Of a stretch of 64,000 nucleotides of DNA, positions 1-10,186 are shown piece after piece (within the stretch, counting starts at the first letter, position 1; every line of letters starts with the position of its first letter). A program made the position numbers and the translations under genes. The notes under the pieces are model-generated. The model was given only the letters and a program-made list of their open reading frames with translations, was not told the origin of the DNA and did no database searches. This stretch comes from Alphaproteobacteria bacterium (GTDB lineage Bacteria; Pseudomonadota; Alphaproteobacteria; JAJTHO01; CANGYM01): contig CANGYP010000001.1 of the NCBI GenBank assembly GCA_947458235.1, positions 1,248-65,247 of the forward strand, given 5' to 3'.

Positions 1-1
1 C

Positions 2-757
2 CCCCTGAAAACCGTGGGATTGCGGGATTGTGTGTTTCAGTACCCTAGGCATCAGGCGCAGGTGTTAAAGCACGTATCCCTAACCCTGCAGCAGGATCAC
101 TTGATTGCGTTGGTGGGGGCTTCGGGGTCGGGGAAATCCACCATCATGGCCCTTCTGCCGCGCTTTTATGATCCCACGGCAGGGGCGATTACCTTTAACA
201 ATACGGATATTCGGGACTATACCATCGACAGTGTGCGGTCCAAAATCAGTTATGTGGCCCAAGATACCTATTTGTTTCAGGACACCATTTTGGAAAACGT
301 GCGCTATGCCAACACACAGGCCACAGAGGACGAGGCTTGGGCGGCCCTGAAACTGGCCAGTGCCGATACCTTTGTGCGGGCATTGCCGCAGGGGATTCAC
401 ACGGTTTTGGCCGAGGGGGGCAAAAACCTTTCTGGCGGACAGCGGCAACGCTTGTCCATCGCGCGGGCCTTGCTTAGGGCCGCCCCGCTGATGATTTTGG
501 ATGAGGCCACTTCGGCCCTAGACGCCGAAACAGAGTTTCAAATCATCCACAATCTGCACCAAATGAAAAAGGGTCGTATCATCGTATTTGCCACCCACCG
601 CTTGGCCGCCATCCAAGAGGCCGATCATGTCATTGTTATGGAAAACGGCCACGTCAAGGAACAAGACACCCCCAAAAACCTGCTGGCCCAACCCGATGGA
701 TCCTTTGCCCGTTTGTGCGCCCGTTTGCAACAACAGGCACCAGCTGAGGCGGCTTAG
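2..757 (+). CDS. ABC transporter ATP-binding domain, 3' part of a fused permease-ATPase exporter (MsbA/ABCB-like); 5' end truncated by the window edge
   Basis: Walker A GASGSGKST, ABC signature LSGGQRQRLSIARAL and Walker B ILDEATSALD are present. The ORF runs to the window start, and the first Met at 14 is probably internal. Confidence 0.8.
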   Translation, partial: PLKTVGLRDCVFQYPRHQAQVLKHVSLTLQQDHLIALVGASGSGKSTIMALLPRFYDPTAGAITFNNTDIRDYTIDSVRSKISYVAQDTYLFQDTILENVRYANTQATEDEAWAALKLASADTFVRALPQGIHTVLAEGGKNLSGGQRQRLSIARALLRAAPLMILDEATSALDAETEFQIIHNLHQMKKGRIIVFATHRLAAIQEADHVIVMENGHVKEQDTPKNLLAQPDGSFARLCARLQQQAPAEAA

Positions 758-759
758 GT

Positions 760-1464
760 ATGCTGCTACGCACGGATCATGCCTCGCCCAACCATGATAC
801 GCGTAGTCTGCCTATATCTCTGGTGGTTTTGCATTACACGGGCATGATATCTGGCGGGGCGGCCCTGTCCCGTCTGTGCGATCCCACGGCAAAGGTCAGT
901 GCCCATTATTGTGTGGATGTTGGTGGTGAAATTTATGCCTTGGTGCCCGAATACGCGCGGGCGTGGCATGCGGGGGTGTCGTTGTGGCGGGGTGTAGGGG
1001 ATATCAACAGTACCTCCATCGGGATCGAGCTGGTGAATCGTGGCCACGATTGGGATTATCCTGATTTTCCAGAACCCCAGATTCAGGCCCTGTGCGCCCT
1101 GCTGGCCGATATTGTTGGTCGCTATGCTTTGCCTCCACAGGCCATCATCGGTCACAGCGATGTGGCCCCCACCCGCAAAAAAGACCCTGGGGAAAAATGC
1201 CCTTGGCAACGGCTGGCGGCCCTCGGCTTTGGCCTGTGGCCCAAAATACCCCCTTCCCATGATCACACCCCCTTAAATCTAAGGGAAGAGGCGGATTTTA
1301 TCCATGCTTTAATCCGTTTTGGCTATGATGGTGACAATCCTGAAGCGGCCCTGCGGGCCTTTTACCGTCACTACATGCCAAATCAACTGGATCGTCCTGC
1401 CACGCGGGCGGCACTGGGGGTGATTCAGGATCTTCTTTCCCAAACGACAGGACACCCGTTATGA
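760..1464 (+). CDS. ampD: N-acetylmuramoyl-L-alanine amidase, AmpD / amidase_2 family
   Basis: Typical AmpD residues appear in LHYTGM...AHYCVD..GEIYALVPEYARAWHAG and GIELVN. Length is about 234 aa. Confidence 0.8.
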   Translation: MLLRTDHASPNHDTRSLPISLVVLHYTGMISGGAALSRLCDPTAKVSAHYCVDVGGEIYALVPEYARAWHAGVSLWRGVGDINSTSIGIELVNRGHDWDYPDFPEPQIQALCALLADIVGRYALPPQAIIGHSDVAPTRKKDPGEKCPWQRLAALGFGLWPKIPPSHDHTPLNLREEADFIHALIRFGYDGDNPEAALRAFYRHYMPNQLDRPATRAALGVIQDLLSQTTGHPL

Positions 1465-2315
1465 CCACCATCGCTTTTCAAGGGAGCCACGGGGCCTTCT
1501 CTGATCTGGTGGCCCGCAAGATGTTTCCCCACGCCAAAACCCTGCCCTGTGTATCGTTCGAGGATACCTTTGCCGCCCTGAAAGCCCACGAGGCGGATTT
1601 TGCCGCCATCCCCGTGGAAAACTCCATCGCGGGGCGTGTCAGTGATGTGTATCACCTGTTGCCCCGCGCTGGCATGTTTATTCATGGGGAGCATTTCGAG
1701 GCCATCAACCACTGTCTGCTGGGCCTACCCAACGCCAAAATTAGCGGCATTCGTCATGCCCACAGCCATAGTATGGCCCTGTCCCAGTGCCGTCGCTATT
1801 TGATGGGCAAAGACATCACCCCCCACGTGTTTTCTGACACCGCCGCCGCTGCGCAGTGGGTCGCCCAGCAGGGGGATGAAAGCCATGCGGCTATTGCGTC
1901 CCACTTGGCTGCATCCCTGTATAACCTGCGCATTCTGGACGAAGACATTGCCGATACCCCCGACAACACAACCCGTTTTCTCATCATTGCCAATGAACCT
2001 GCCCCCCCGCCACCCTTGCATGCGCCAGCCATGACATCGTTGTTTTTTGATGTGCGCAGTGTGCCCGCCGCCCTGTACAAGGCCCTAGGGGGCTTTGCCA
2101 CCAATGGCATTAACCTTTTGAAAATTGAAAGTTATTTTTCAGGGTCCGATTTTCAGATTGCCCATTTTTATGTGGATGTGGCGGCCCACCAACACAGCCC
2201 CGCCATGGATCACGCGCTAGAGGAATTATCGTTTTACAGCAAAACCGTGAAAATTCTGGGCTGTTATCCCCAAAGCCCCCATCGTCAGGCGGCGCAGGAT
2301 GACCGGTTTGGATAA
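1461..2315 (+). CDS. pheA: Prephenate dehydratase
   Basis: PDT domain starts TIAFQGSHGAFSDLVARK and conserved TRFLII is followed by a C-terminal ACT-like region. Start overlaps the ampD stop (ATGA). Confidence 0.85.
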   Translation: MTTIAFQGSHGAFSDLVARKMFPHAKTLPCVSFEDTFAALKAHEADFAAIPVENSIAGRVSDVYHLLPRAGMFIHGEHFEAINHCLLGLPNAKISGIRHAHSHSMALSQCRRYLMGKDITPHVFSDTAAAAQWVAQQGDESHAAIASHLAASLYNLRILDEDIADTPDNTTRFLIIANEPAPPPPLHAPAMTSLFFDVRSVPAALYKALGGFATNGINLLKIESYFSGSDFQIAHFYVDVAAHQHSPAMDHALEELSFYSKTVKILGCYPQSPHRQAAQDDRFG

Positions 2316-2892
2316 AGCCGCCCTGCGGCTGGCTTTGGGAGAGGCACGCCAGAACGTGCCCCATCGGGGCGTGAAGGCAAACCAGATTGCCAAAAATTTA
2401 ACTGCCCTGCTGGCGCCATCACCCCCGCCCGTTTTGGGCCTATATTATCCCATTCAGGGGGAGGTTGATGTGTCCCCCTTTTGGGAAACGTGGCAGGGGC
2501 CCATGGCCTTACCCACCGTCATCCAAAAGCATTTGGTGTTTCGTCTGTGGCATTCGGGGGATCCCTTGACATCTGGCCCTTTTGGCATCCCTGAACCCCT
2601 GCCCACGGCGCAGGCCGTCACGCCCCATACCCTGCTGGTGCCCTGCGTCGGGGTGGATACGGCGGGCCATCGTTTGGGATATGGCCAAGGTTATTACGAC
2701 CGTTATCTGGCCGCCCATCCAGAAATTCACAGCATCGGTGTGATCTTTGCGGTGCAACAGGTCTCTGTCCTACCCACTGAACCCCACGATCAGAGGCTGG
2801 GGGCTGTGGTGACGGAGATGGGCCTCACCAACCCCACGCCGATGGCACGTTCTGGGGATGGGGCCAACACACGGGGTGAGGGCTCTCAATAA
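2299..2892 (+). CDS. 5-formyltetrahydrofolate cyclo-ligase family protein
   Basis: Motifs LYYPIQGEVD and LLVPCVGVDTAGHRLGYGQGYYDRYL match 5-FCL/MTHFS. About 197 aa. Confidence 0.7.
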   Translation: MTGLDKAALRLALGEARQNVPHRGVKANQIAKNLTALLAPSPPPVLGLYYPIQGEVDVSPFWETWQGPMALPTVIQKHLVFRLWHSGDPLTSGPFGIPEPLPTAQAVTPHTLLVPCVGVDTAGHRLGYGQGYYDRYLAAHPEIHSIGVIFAVQQVSVLPTEPHDQRLGAVVTEMGLTNPTPMARSGDGANTRGEGSQ

Positions 2893-3009
2893 CCCATTCC
2901 CCCCTTGGTTACATTTCGTAACATATCCCGCGTTGTTTCATCGGAGAGGGTTCCGTATAGTTTTTGAACACAACCTATAATAAACTAGCCTTTAAAGGGT
3001 TTCTGCGTC

Positions 3010-3948
3010 ATGAAAAAACACACAACAAAAAAACAAATGACCCTTGCGTATCCCATTTCCTTTTCTGGTGTGGGGTTGCATACGGGGGATGCCGTAACCT
3101 TGACCCTGAAGCCCGCCCCTGTGAATCATGGGATTGTGTTTCATCGCACGGACCTGAACATCACCATGCCCGCCCATCATGCGTTGGTGGAGCCCTCCCC
3201 CCTATGCACCACGTTGGTGAGTCTTTGCGGCCGCGCCCGTGTGGCCACGGTTGAGCATCTGATGTCTGCCTTGGCTGGATGCCGTGTGGACAATGCTGTC
3301 ATTGAGATTGACGGGGGTGAAATGCCCATCATGGACGGCAGCGCCGCCCCCTTTGTTCAGGCGATTGTTGCAGTGGGGTTGGTCCCTCAGGCGGTCCAGC
3401 GTCGCGCCTATCGCATTTTGCGAGCGGTTCATGTGCATGATGGTGACAAAACCGCCTCTCTGTTGCCCAGCGTTTCACAGGATTTGTCCATCACGTGCCG
3501 TATTGATTTTAACCACGCTGCCATTGGGGCCCAGACCTTCACGCTGGCCTCTTTGGATGACTTTGGGGATTTGATTGCCCGTGCGCGGACCTTTGGTTTT
3601 GAAAAAGATATTGCTACTTTGCGCAAAATGGGCTTGGCCCGTGGCGGCAGTTTGGACAATGCCATTGTTTTCGGCGAAACCCGCGTGTTAAACCCCGAAG
3701 GCATGCGATACGAAAATGAATGTGTGCGTCACAAGGTTCTGGACGCCGTTGGGGATCTGTATCTGGCCGGTTTGCCCTTGGTGGGGGATTTTTATGGCTA
3801 TTGCTCGGGCCACTTTTTAAATTATCGCCTGCTAACAGAGCTGTTTGCCACACCAAACGCCTATGAAGAAATTCTGTGGGGCGCCGATGAGGAGCAAAGC
3901 GCAGCCTTGACCAGTGAAACGGCGGATTTGCATCCCCTGTGGGCCTAA
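3010..3948 (+). CDS. lpxC: UDP-3-O-acyl-N-acetylglucosamine deacetylase
   Basis: QMTLAYPISFSGVGLHTGD, HKVLDAVGDLYLAG and a C-terminal HFLNYRLL-like region are classic LpxC. 312 aa. Confidence 0.9.
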   Translation: MKKHTTKKQMTLAYPISFSGVGLHTGDAVTLTLKPAPVNHGIVFHRTDLNITMPAHHALVEPSPLCTTLVSLCGRARVATVEHLMSALAGCRVDNAVIEIDGGEMPIMDGSAAPFVQAIVAVGLVPQAVQRRAYRILRAVHVHDGDKTASLLPSVSQDLSITCRIDFNHAAIGAQTFTLASLDDFGDLIARARTFGFEKDIATLRKMGLARGGSLDNAIVFGETRVLNPEGMRYENECVRHKVLDAVGDLYLAGLPLVGDFYGYCSGHFLNYRLLTELFATPNAYEEILWGADEEQSAALTSETADLHPLWA

Positions 3949-4556
3949 ACCCCCACCCATAACCTGAAAAGAGCCCATGGATTTTTGGGATTTTTAGGCC
4001 TTGGACCGAGGGCTCTCACGGCCCGCGCCATAACTCCTATATCCCCTTGCCCCCTGTCTGGGCCTCTGTCCCAAAGGTTAGGGGGAGTATCCCCGCGCAT
4101 CACGTGTTTTTGCCATCCCCATAGGGCGTAACTGGGGACGTTTTCCCCATGAATCACGGTACCCATGGCCCCAAAGGTTTGCTGTAAATAGTCTGTCCAG
4201 TCTTGGGGCGTGTTGGGCTTTGTGTCCAAAACCGCCCGAAAAGATGGGATGATCAAGGGCAAAGCCGGATGCTGCAGCAGGTCCTGCGGTGCCTCTTGCA
4301 ACAACGGATGGTCGGCATAATGACCTTTGGCCAAGGTATCGGCCCACCATTGCAGTTTGATGTGGGTGAGCAGGGTTTCGCTGTCTTCTTCCCCCTGTTT
4401 GGCCGTCATGGCAAACCACGTGGAGAGCAAGGCCATGCCCGATTGAAATCTTTGTTGTGTCTTGGGATCCCGCATCAGCAGACTGGCCATAAAGGCCAGA
4501 TAATCCAGATCATACAGGGTTTGTTCCGTTACGGTTGAGGGGACAGGGCGGGACAT
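3945..4556 (-). CDS. Hypothetical protein, function unknown (weak isoprenoid-synthase-like LQWW motif, no Asp-rich motifs)
   Basis: 203-aa ORF downstream of aroK on the same strand, overlapping it by about 28 nt. No recognisable catalytic motifs. Confidence 0.45.
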   Translation of the reverse strand: MSRPVPSTVTEQTLYDLDYLAFMASLLMRDPKTQQRFQSGMALLSTWFAMTAKQGEEDSETLLTHIKLQWWADTLAKGHYADHPLLQEAPQDLLQHPALPLIIPSFRAVLDTKPNTPQDWTDYLQQTFGAMGTVIHGENVPSYALWGWQKHVMRGDTPPNLWDRGPDRGQGDIGVMARAVRALGPRPKNPKNPWALFRLWVGV

Positions 4557-5080
4557 GCCAGGATTTTTTGCACCAATGTGGACACATCATCACCATCCGC
4601 AGGAATGATGACTTGGGCCTTTTCGTACCATGGCTGTCGTTTGGCGTACAGAGTTTCGGTGTCCTGTTGCCACGTGGGGGATTGCAACAGAGGGCGATGG
4701 GTGCGCTCGGCCCTCAGGCGTTCCCATAACAGCGGCAGAGGAACCTTGAGCCAAACCGTTGCGGTGTTCTCCTGAAGCAGGGTGTGGGTTTTGGGCCATG
4801 CAAACGCCCCGCCGCCCGTGGCCACAACACACTTTGGGGGCAGCAGGCGCACGGCGTTATATTCATAATCCCGAAAGCCAACCTCCCCCACGGTGGCAAA
4901 AATCTGGGGGATGGGGGCTTTGGCCATCAGGGCAATCTCTTCATCCAGATCCACAAAGGGGATATTCAGAGCCTGCGCCAAAGCCTTGCCCACCGTAGAT
5001 TTACCACACCCCATAAACCCTACAAGGGCGAGGGGGTGGGAAAGGAGGGAAGATGTATCAAGGAAAGGGGACAACGTCAT
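4529..5080 (-). CDS. aroK: Shikimate kinase
   Basis: P-loop LVGFMGCGKSTVGKALAQAL is followed by DLDEEI. 183 aa. Confidence 0.85.
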   Translation of the reverse strand: MTLSPFLDTSSLLSHPLALVGFMGCGKSTVGKALAQALNIPFVDLDEEIALMAKAPIPQIFATVGEVGFRDYEYNAVRLLPPKCVVATGGGAFAWPKTHTLLQENTATVWLKVPLPLLWERLRAERTHRPLLQSPTWQQDTETLYAKRQPWYEKAQVIIPADGDDVSTLVQKILACPALSPQP

Positions 5081-5081
5081 G

Positions 5082-6191
5082 TTATGCAGTTAATTCTAAA
5101 ACGCGCTGTCCCAAGGCTTGGAAGTTGTGAGCAAAATTGTTTTTACTGTCGATCATTGTATCTTCAGCATGGCCAAAAACCTTGCCAACGGATCGAATGT
5201 CCTCATCTGTCAAGGCAAACACGGGTTTGGATAACTGCTGACTAATGGCAATCAAAGAATTAAAATCAGAAATTTGTGCCAGATCATAAGGCTGCAAATT
5301 TGTCCCTGATAAAGATTTCTCCATGCGTTGCCGATCAACAACGCACCCTATTTTTTGAAGGTCTGGAACAAGAGTGTTATTAATGGAATTTCTGATTTTA
5401 TCAATCCAATTTTTAAACGATGTCGAAGGTTTGTCATTACGGGGACGAAAACGCTGTTGTATGGCACCCAAAAAGATAGGCGCATTCTTGATAGGAAACA
5501 TCTTATTATCAAAGCCATGGGATTCTTTAAATTGTCTGATTTCGCTATGCCACTTCGTGATATTTTTTGCCAGCGAGTTAATGGCCTGCAAACAAAAATA
5601 ATCTGGCGATGTTGGAACAATAAAATGATCACTGGACATCAACATCACTTCATTCAATCCTCCGACGTTAGGGCTTAAATCATACAAAACATAATCGGCA
5701 TTGATCCCATCTGCAATCAGCTGTAGCACCTTTGGTAAGGCCCCCGGAATATTTTTTGTGGCTGGAATCCCCGTGGCAATTTTCAAGGCCACACTGATCT
5801 GAGAATCTAAATCAGAGATATTTAAGTGACCTGGCAATAAAAATAAATTTGCATTCCCAGTTTTCAAAACATTGGATTTATTTGAGGCAATCAGCGATTC
5901 TGGTGTCACCCCATTGATCAAAGATTCAACAATCGGCTGCAAAGTCAAATTATTGCGATCTCGATAAAACGATTCCATCTGGTCTTCGTCAATGGCACTA
6001 AACCCAAGAACAAGCCCTGTTAAATTACACTGTGAATCCAAATCAACAATCAGGACTCTCTTGCCTTGATCAGCCAAAGTCCACCCTAAATTAAAGGTTG
6101 TTGTTGTTTTACTGACCCCACCTTTGTGATTAAACAAACAAATTGATTTGGCCACCGTTAGATTTTCCTTGATTGATTGTGTTTTTATCAT
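5082..6191 (-). CDS. ParA/MinD-family P-loop ATPase with about 100-aa C-terminal extension, orphan; no partner gene seen
   Basis: Deviant Walker A NHKGGVSKTTTTFNLG, LIVDLDSQCN, Walker B-like YVLYDLSP and ParA-like IVPTSPDYFCLQAI. The whole gene is markedly AT-rich (roughly 40% GC) compared with flanking aroK and typA. Confidence 0.8.
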   Translation of the reverse strand: MIKTQSIKENLTVAKSICLFNHKGGVSKTTTTFNLGWTLADQGKRVLIVDLDSQCNLTGLVLGFSAIDEDQMESFYRDRNNLTLQPIVESLINGVTPESLIASNKSNVLKTGNANLFLLPGHLNISDLDSQISVALKIATGIPATKNIPGALPKVLQLIADGINADYVLYDLSPNVGGLNEVMLMSSDHFIVPTSPDYFCLQAINSLAKNITKWHSEIRQFKESHGFDNKMFPIKNAPIFLGAIQQRFRPRNDKPSTSFKNWIDKIRNSINNTLVPDLQKIGCVVDRQRMEKSLSGTNLQPYDLAQISDFNSLIAISQQLSKPVFALTDEDIRSVGKVFGHAEDTMIDSKNNFAHNFQALGQRVLELTA

Positions 6192-6306
6192 TCATCACAA
6201 TAAAAAGGCTTTTGGCGTCTGTATACGCACCAAATAAAATTTTCCCTTTTTTCCCAAACTGTGATATAGCACTGACTCGTCATAATCGTCATCTGGATTT
6301 TCAAGT

Positions 6307-8133
6307 ATGCCACAAAACACCCGCCTGCGCAACATTGCCATTATTGCCCACGTTGACCATGGAAAAACAACTTTGGTGGATGCAATTTTGCGCCAAAGTG
6401 GCACCTTTCGCAGCAATCAAGCCGTGGCGGAGCGGGCCATGGACAAAGGGGATTTGGAAAAAGAGCGCGGTATCACCATTTTGGCCAAATGCACGGCTAT
6501 TGATTGGGACGGGCACCGCATCAACATCATTGACACCCCCGGCCACGCCGATTTTGGCGGCGAGGTTGAGCGCATTTTGCATATGGCTGATGGCGTGATC
6601 CTGTTGGTGGATGCGGCGGAGGGCACCCTGCCCCAGACCAAGTTCGTCTTAACCAAAGCCCTGAAACAGGGAATGCGCCCCATTGTATTGATTAACAAAA
6701 TTGACCGTCCCGATGCCCGTCCGGACGAGGTGTTAAATGAAATTTTTGACCTGTTCGTCGCACTGGATGCCAGTGAAGAGCAGCTGGATTTTCCTGTGCT
6801 GTATGCCTCGGGCCGCGCGGGATGGTGCGCCGAAAGTTTAGATGCGCCCCGTGAAAACCTGCACCCCCTGCTGGATTTGGTGCTGAGGCACGTGCCCGCC
6901 CCCACGGTGGATTTTGATGCGCCGTTTTCCATGTTGGCCACGTTGCTGGATTATGACCCGTATTTGGGCCGTGTTTTAACGGGGCGTGTGGCCAGCGGAA
7001 CAGCCAAAGTGAATGCCCAAGTGCATGCGCTGGATTTAAAGGGCAACGTGACGGATCGTTTCCGCCTGACCAAACTGTTTAGCTATAAAGGTCTGGAACG
7101 CGCCCCCGTTGAATCCGCCGAGGCTGGCGATATCGTCTGCATTGCGGGGATGACCGTGGCCACGGTGGCCGATACGGTGGCCGATACATCGGTGAGCCAG
7201 CCCATCGAAACCACCCCCATTGACCCCCCCACCATGGCCATCACCATCAGTGTGAACGATTCCCCCTTGGCGGGGACGGAGGGGAAAAAGCTGACCTCCA
7301 CCATGATTCGCGAACGCCTGATGGCGGAGAACGAGGGCAACGTGGCCATTCGCGTGTCCGAAACTGCAGGCAAAGATGCCTTTGAGGTCGCCGGACGGGG
7401 GGAATTGCAGCTGGGCGTTTTGATTGAAACCATGCGGCGGGAAGGCTTTGAAATGTCCGTATCCCGTCCCCGCGTTTTGCTGCGCAAAACCGAGGATGGA
7501 CAAACCGAAGAACCCTACGAAGAGGTCATCGCCGACGTTGACGAAGAATTCACGGGTGTGGTGGTGGAAAAAATGTCCCTACGCAAGGCCGAAATGGTGG
7601 ACATGCGCCCCAGCGGGGGCGGAAAAACCCGCATTACCTTTATTGCGCCGTCACGGGGTTTGATTGGGTATCAGGGGCAGTTTTTAACGGATACGCGGGG
7701 CACTGGGGTTTTGAACCGCCTGTTTCACAACTATGGCCCCTACAAAGGGGATATCGCGGGCCGCCGTAACGGCGCCCTGATTTCCACTGATAAAGGGGAA
7801 GCCGTGGCCTATGCTATTTTCAACCTGCAAGATCGGGGGATGATGTTCATTAATCCGGGCGACAAAGTTTATCAAGGCATGATCGTGGGGGAACACAGCC
7901 GCGACAATGATTTGGATATCAATGTGTTAAAGGGCAAACAGCTGACCAACATCCGCGCCGCTGGCAAGGATGACGCTCTGATCCTGACCCCGCCCCGCAA
8001 AATGAGCATGGAGGACATGATCAGTTACATCAACGACGATGAACTGCTGGAGGTTACCCCGCAATCCCTGCGCCTGCGGAAAAAATACCTGACCCCCAAC
8101 GAACGCACTCAGGCGAAAAAGCGGGTAAGTTAG
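6307..8133 (+). CDS. typA: Translational GTPase TypA/BipA
   Basis: N-terminus [32 protein letters not shown] and NKIDR with the EF-G-like domain order. 608 aa. Confidence 0.9.
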   Translation: MPQNTRLRNIAIIAHVDHGKTTLVDAILRQSGTFRSNQAVAERAMDKGDLEKERGITILAKCTAIDWDGHRINIIDTPGHADFGGEVERILHMADGVILLVDAAEGTLPQTKFVLTKALKQGMRPIVLINKIDRPDARPDEVLNEIFDLFVALDASEEQLDFPVLYASGRAGWCAESLDAPRENLHPLLDLVLRHVPAPTVDFDAPFSMLATLLDYDPYLGRVLTGRVASGTAKVNAQVHALDLKGNVTDRFRLTKLFSYKGLERAPVESAEAGDIVCIAGMTVATVADTVADTSVSQPIETTPIDPPTMAITISVNDSPLAGTEGKKLTSTMIRERLMAENEGNVAIRVSETAGKDAFEVAGRGELQLGVLIETMRREGFEMSVSRPRVLLRKTEDGQTEEPYEEVIADVDEEFTGVVVEKMSLRKAEMVDMRPSGGGKTRITFIAPSRGLIGYQGQFLTDTRGTGVLNRLFHNYGPYKGDIAGRRNGALISTDKGEAVAYAIFNLQDRGMMFINPGDKVYQGMIVGEHSRDNDLDINVLKGKQLTNIRAAGKDDALILTPPRKMSMEDMISYINDDELLEVTPQSLRLRKKYLTPNERTQAKKRVS

Positions 8134-8143
8134 GGGGGTATCC

Positions 8144-10021
8144 TTACGCCTTCTGGGCCATTTGTTCTTCTGTGGGGGCCCGTTGAGCTTTTGGCAGGCT
8201 GATATAAAACACAGTCCCCTTGCTGCTGGATTCAAACCAAATACGCCCCCCATGCATTTCCACAATTTTTTTGGCTATCGGCAGGCCAATCCCAGCATGC
8301 TCTGTCTGTGCATTCAGGGATTCAAAGAGGGAAAAAATATGGTCTGTATAAATTTTTTCAATGCCCGATCCATTATCCTGCACTTTAATAACCCACTCTT
8401 GTTCGCGCTCTTGACAGGATAATCCCACAATGGGGGGGATGCTGGCATTATGTTCAATCCCATTTTTTATGAGATGATACAAGGCCCTCTTCAGAAATCC
8501 TTCATGGCATGGCATATCAGGAAACAGGCCGAATGTTTTAATGCGGGCACCGCGTTTTTTCACCAAGGGCATCAGGTCTTTCAAAGCGGCCTGAAGAATA
8601 CTCTGCAACGCATGTTCGGGAAAGGGGGGGGATATTTGAATTTGATTATATTCCGTCAGACCTTGCAAACGCTTGAGGCTCAGAGTGGTCCATCGTTTGA
8701 CTTCGGCCAATTTTTTCAGGGCAGACTCTCGCCTCTCTGCATCTTCCAAGGCCACCGTGCTCTGCAAAATGGCCCGCAAAGGATCCGAAAAAATGTGGGT
8801 TAAGCTATGGGAGAGTGTTTGGTATTGTTGTTGCATCCGAAAAAGGACGTCATGATCCTTTTTTTTATCAAAATTCCGCAGATGCTCGGTTAGAAAAATC
8901 GCCTTTTCCCGTGTGTAGTAGACCACCAAGCGCTTCATTTCATCGATCCAATCGGTTTCTTCTAGGTTAACGATGGCATTCAGTCCCGCCTGCTGCCATT
9001 TTTCGGTGTCATCTAACAAGGCACCACCTCTTAACCCGACCAGATAGGTTGCATTAGGATTGCGACTATCGGTTTTTAGATATTCATTCACCACATGATA
9101 CCCACTTTTAGGATAAAATTTGAGGCCGATGAAGGCCATGTTGTACTGTCCCTTCAAAACCATCTGCAGGGCCTCTTCACTGTTGCAGGCGATATCAGGG
9201 GTTATTAAAAAAGCCTTTTCCAAAAGATCAAGAATGCGTTTCATGGCCCCATCATCACCTGTCGCCACCAGAACGCGCCATTTGGATACCAAATCTGGAA
9301 GACGCAAACGTTTGTCAATCAACGATCCTTTTGTTTCGGATGCCTCATAAAAGGCCGTGTTCATGTTGTCTTCTGGGTTCATAAACACGTTTTGTGCATC
9401 ATTGTCTGGATGAAAGCGGCGCAGATGCTCTGGTTCATCCAAGGGGCTCTTGATCGGCTTTAAATTTAACGCTTCAAGACGATCGTCATACAGCTTGCGT
9501 CGTGTTAGACCCGCAGAATTTCCGGGGTTTAAGGCCATGTATTTTTTGACATAATCGGCCAAAGATTTCGTGCTGAAGGGCTTTGTGATATACCCAGAGG
9601 CCCCCTGTCGCATGGCGGTGTTAAAATCGGCACTTATTTGGGAGGATGTAATAATCACAACATAACTTTTGGGATCAAAGTCTTTGATTTTTTTTAATAG
9701 GGCTAGACCAGATACTTTACCTGGAAATGCTAAATCCAAGAAAATAATATCGGGTGCCCCTTGGACAAACAAAGACCATCCCGTCTCTGGGTCATTGGCG
9801 AAGCTCTTTTCACACTCTGGCAAAGCCTGAGAGACAATGGAACGATAGCGCAGATCATCTTCAACAATGAGAATCCGCAGTTTGTCCGTATCTTGAAAGT
9901 TTTTCCCCATGATGTTCCCTATCACACCGTCCAAAAAACAGTGTAACAAGGTTTGATTGACGAGCGGTAAAGACTCATAATGCCCCATACATGGGGGTCT
10001 CACGTCCGCCTTCCTTAACAC
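8144..10021 (-). CDS. Hybrid sensor histidine kinase with two N-terminal receiver-like domains (REC plus REC-like, then HisKA-HATPase); cytoplasmic
   Basis: REC1 is RILIVEDD...IIFLDLAFPG...GYITKPF. The second receiver-like block is VLVATGDD. A divergent H-box LSHSLTHIFSDPLRAI is followed by ATPase N-box HLIKNGIEHN, G1 DNGSGI and G2 GIGLPIAKK. GC is lower than the backbone. Confidence 0.8.
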   Translation of the reverse strand: MLRKADVRPPCMGHYESLPLVNQTLLHCFLDGVIGNIMGKNFQDTDKLRILIVEDDLRYRSIVSQALPECEKSFANDPETGWSLFVQGAPDIIFLDLAFPGKVSGLALLKKIKDFDPKSYVVIITSSQISADFNTAMRQGASGYITKPFSTKSLADYVKKYMALNPGNSAGLTRRKLYDDRLEALNLKPIKSPLDEPEHLRRFHPDNDAQNVFMNPEDNMNTAFYEASETKGSLIDKRLRLPDLVSKWRVLVATGDDGAMKRILDLLEKAFLITPDIACNSEEALQMVLKGQYNMAFIGLKFYPKSGYHVVNEYLKTDSRNPNATYLVGLRGGALLDDTEKWQQAGLNAIVNLEETDWIDEMKRLVVYYTREKAIFLTEHLRNFDKKKDHDVLFRMQQQYQTLSHSLTHIFSDPLRAILQSTVALEDAERRESALKKLAEVKRWTTLSLKRLQGLTEYNQIQISPPFPEHALQSILQAALKDLMPLVKKRGARIKTFGLFPDMPCHEGFLKRALYHLIKNGIEHNASIPPIVGLSCQEREQEWVIKVQDNGSGIEKIYTDHIFSLFESLNAQTEHAGIGLPIAKKIVEMHGGRIWFESSSKGTVFYISLPKAQRAPTEEQMAQKA

Positions 10022-10186
10022 CTTCTTTAGCCCTCTAGTGTAACCCTCTAGGGGGCCACACTCACGAATAGCCTTTGCATCTGATGAAAAGACTCACATA
10101 AGATACCCCGCAAGAACATTGCCCCCAACCCCCCAATGCGCTAAGTTGAGCCATGCTGCGTCCTTATGTGAAACAAAGATACCCTT

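Noticed and set aside
766-1266. Antisense ORFs opposite ampD, typA, ftsZ, purL, uvrD and leuA (for example 766-1266, 7036-7503, 17936-18532, 46595-47347, 49262-49834)
   Set aside because: These are high-GC shadow frames inside well-supported genes, with no motifs.
6192-6306. Sigma-70-like promoter (TGTGATATAG) upstream of typA
   Set aside because: The -35 to -10 spacing is not convincing by eye. It is plausible, but it is not called as a feature.
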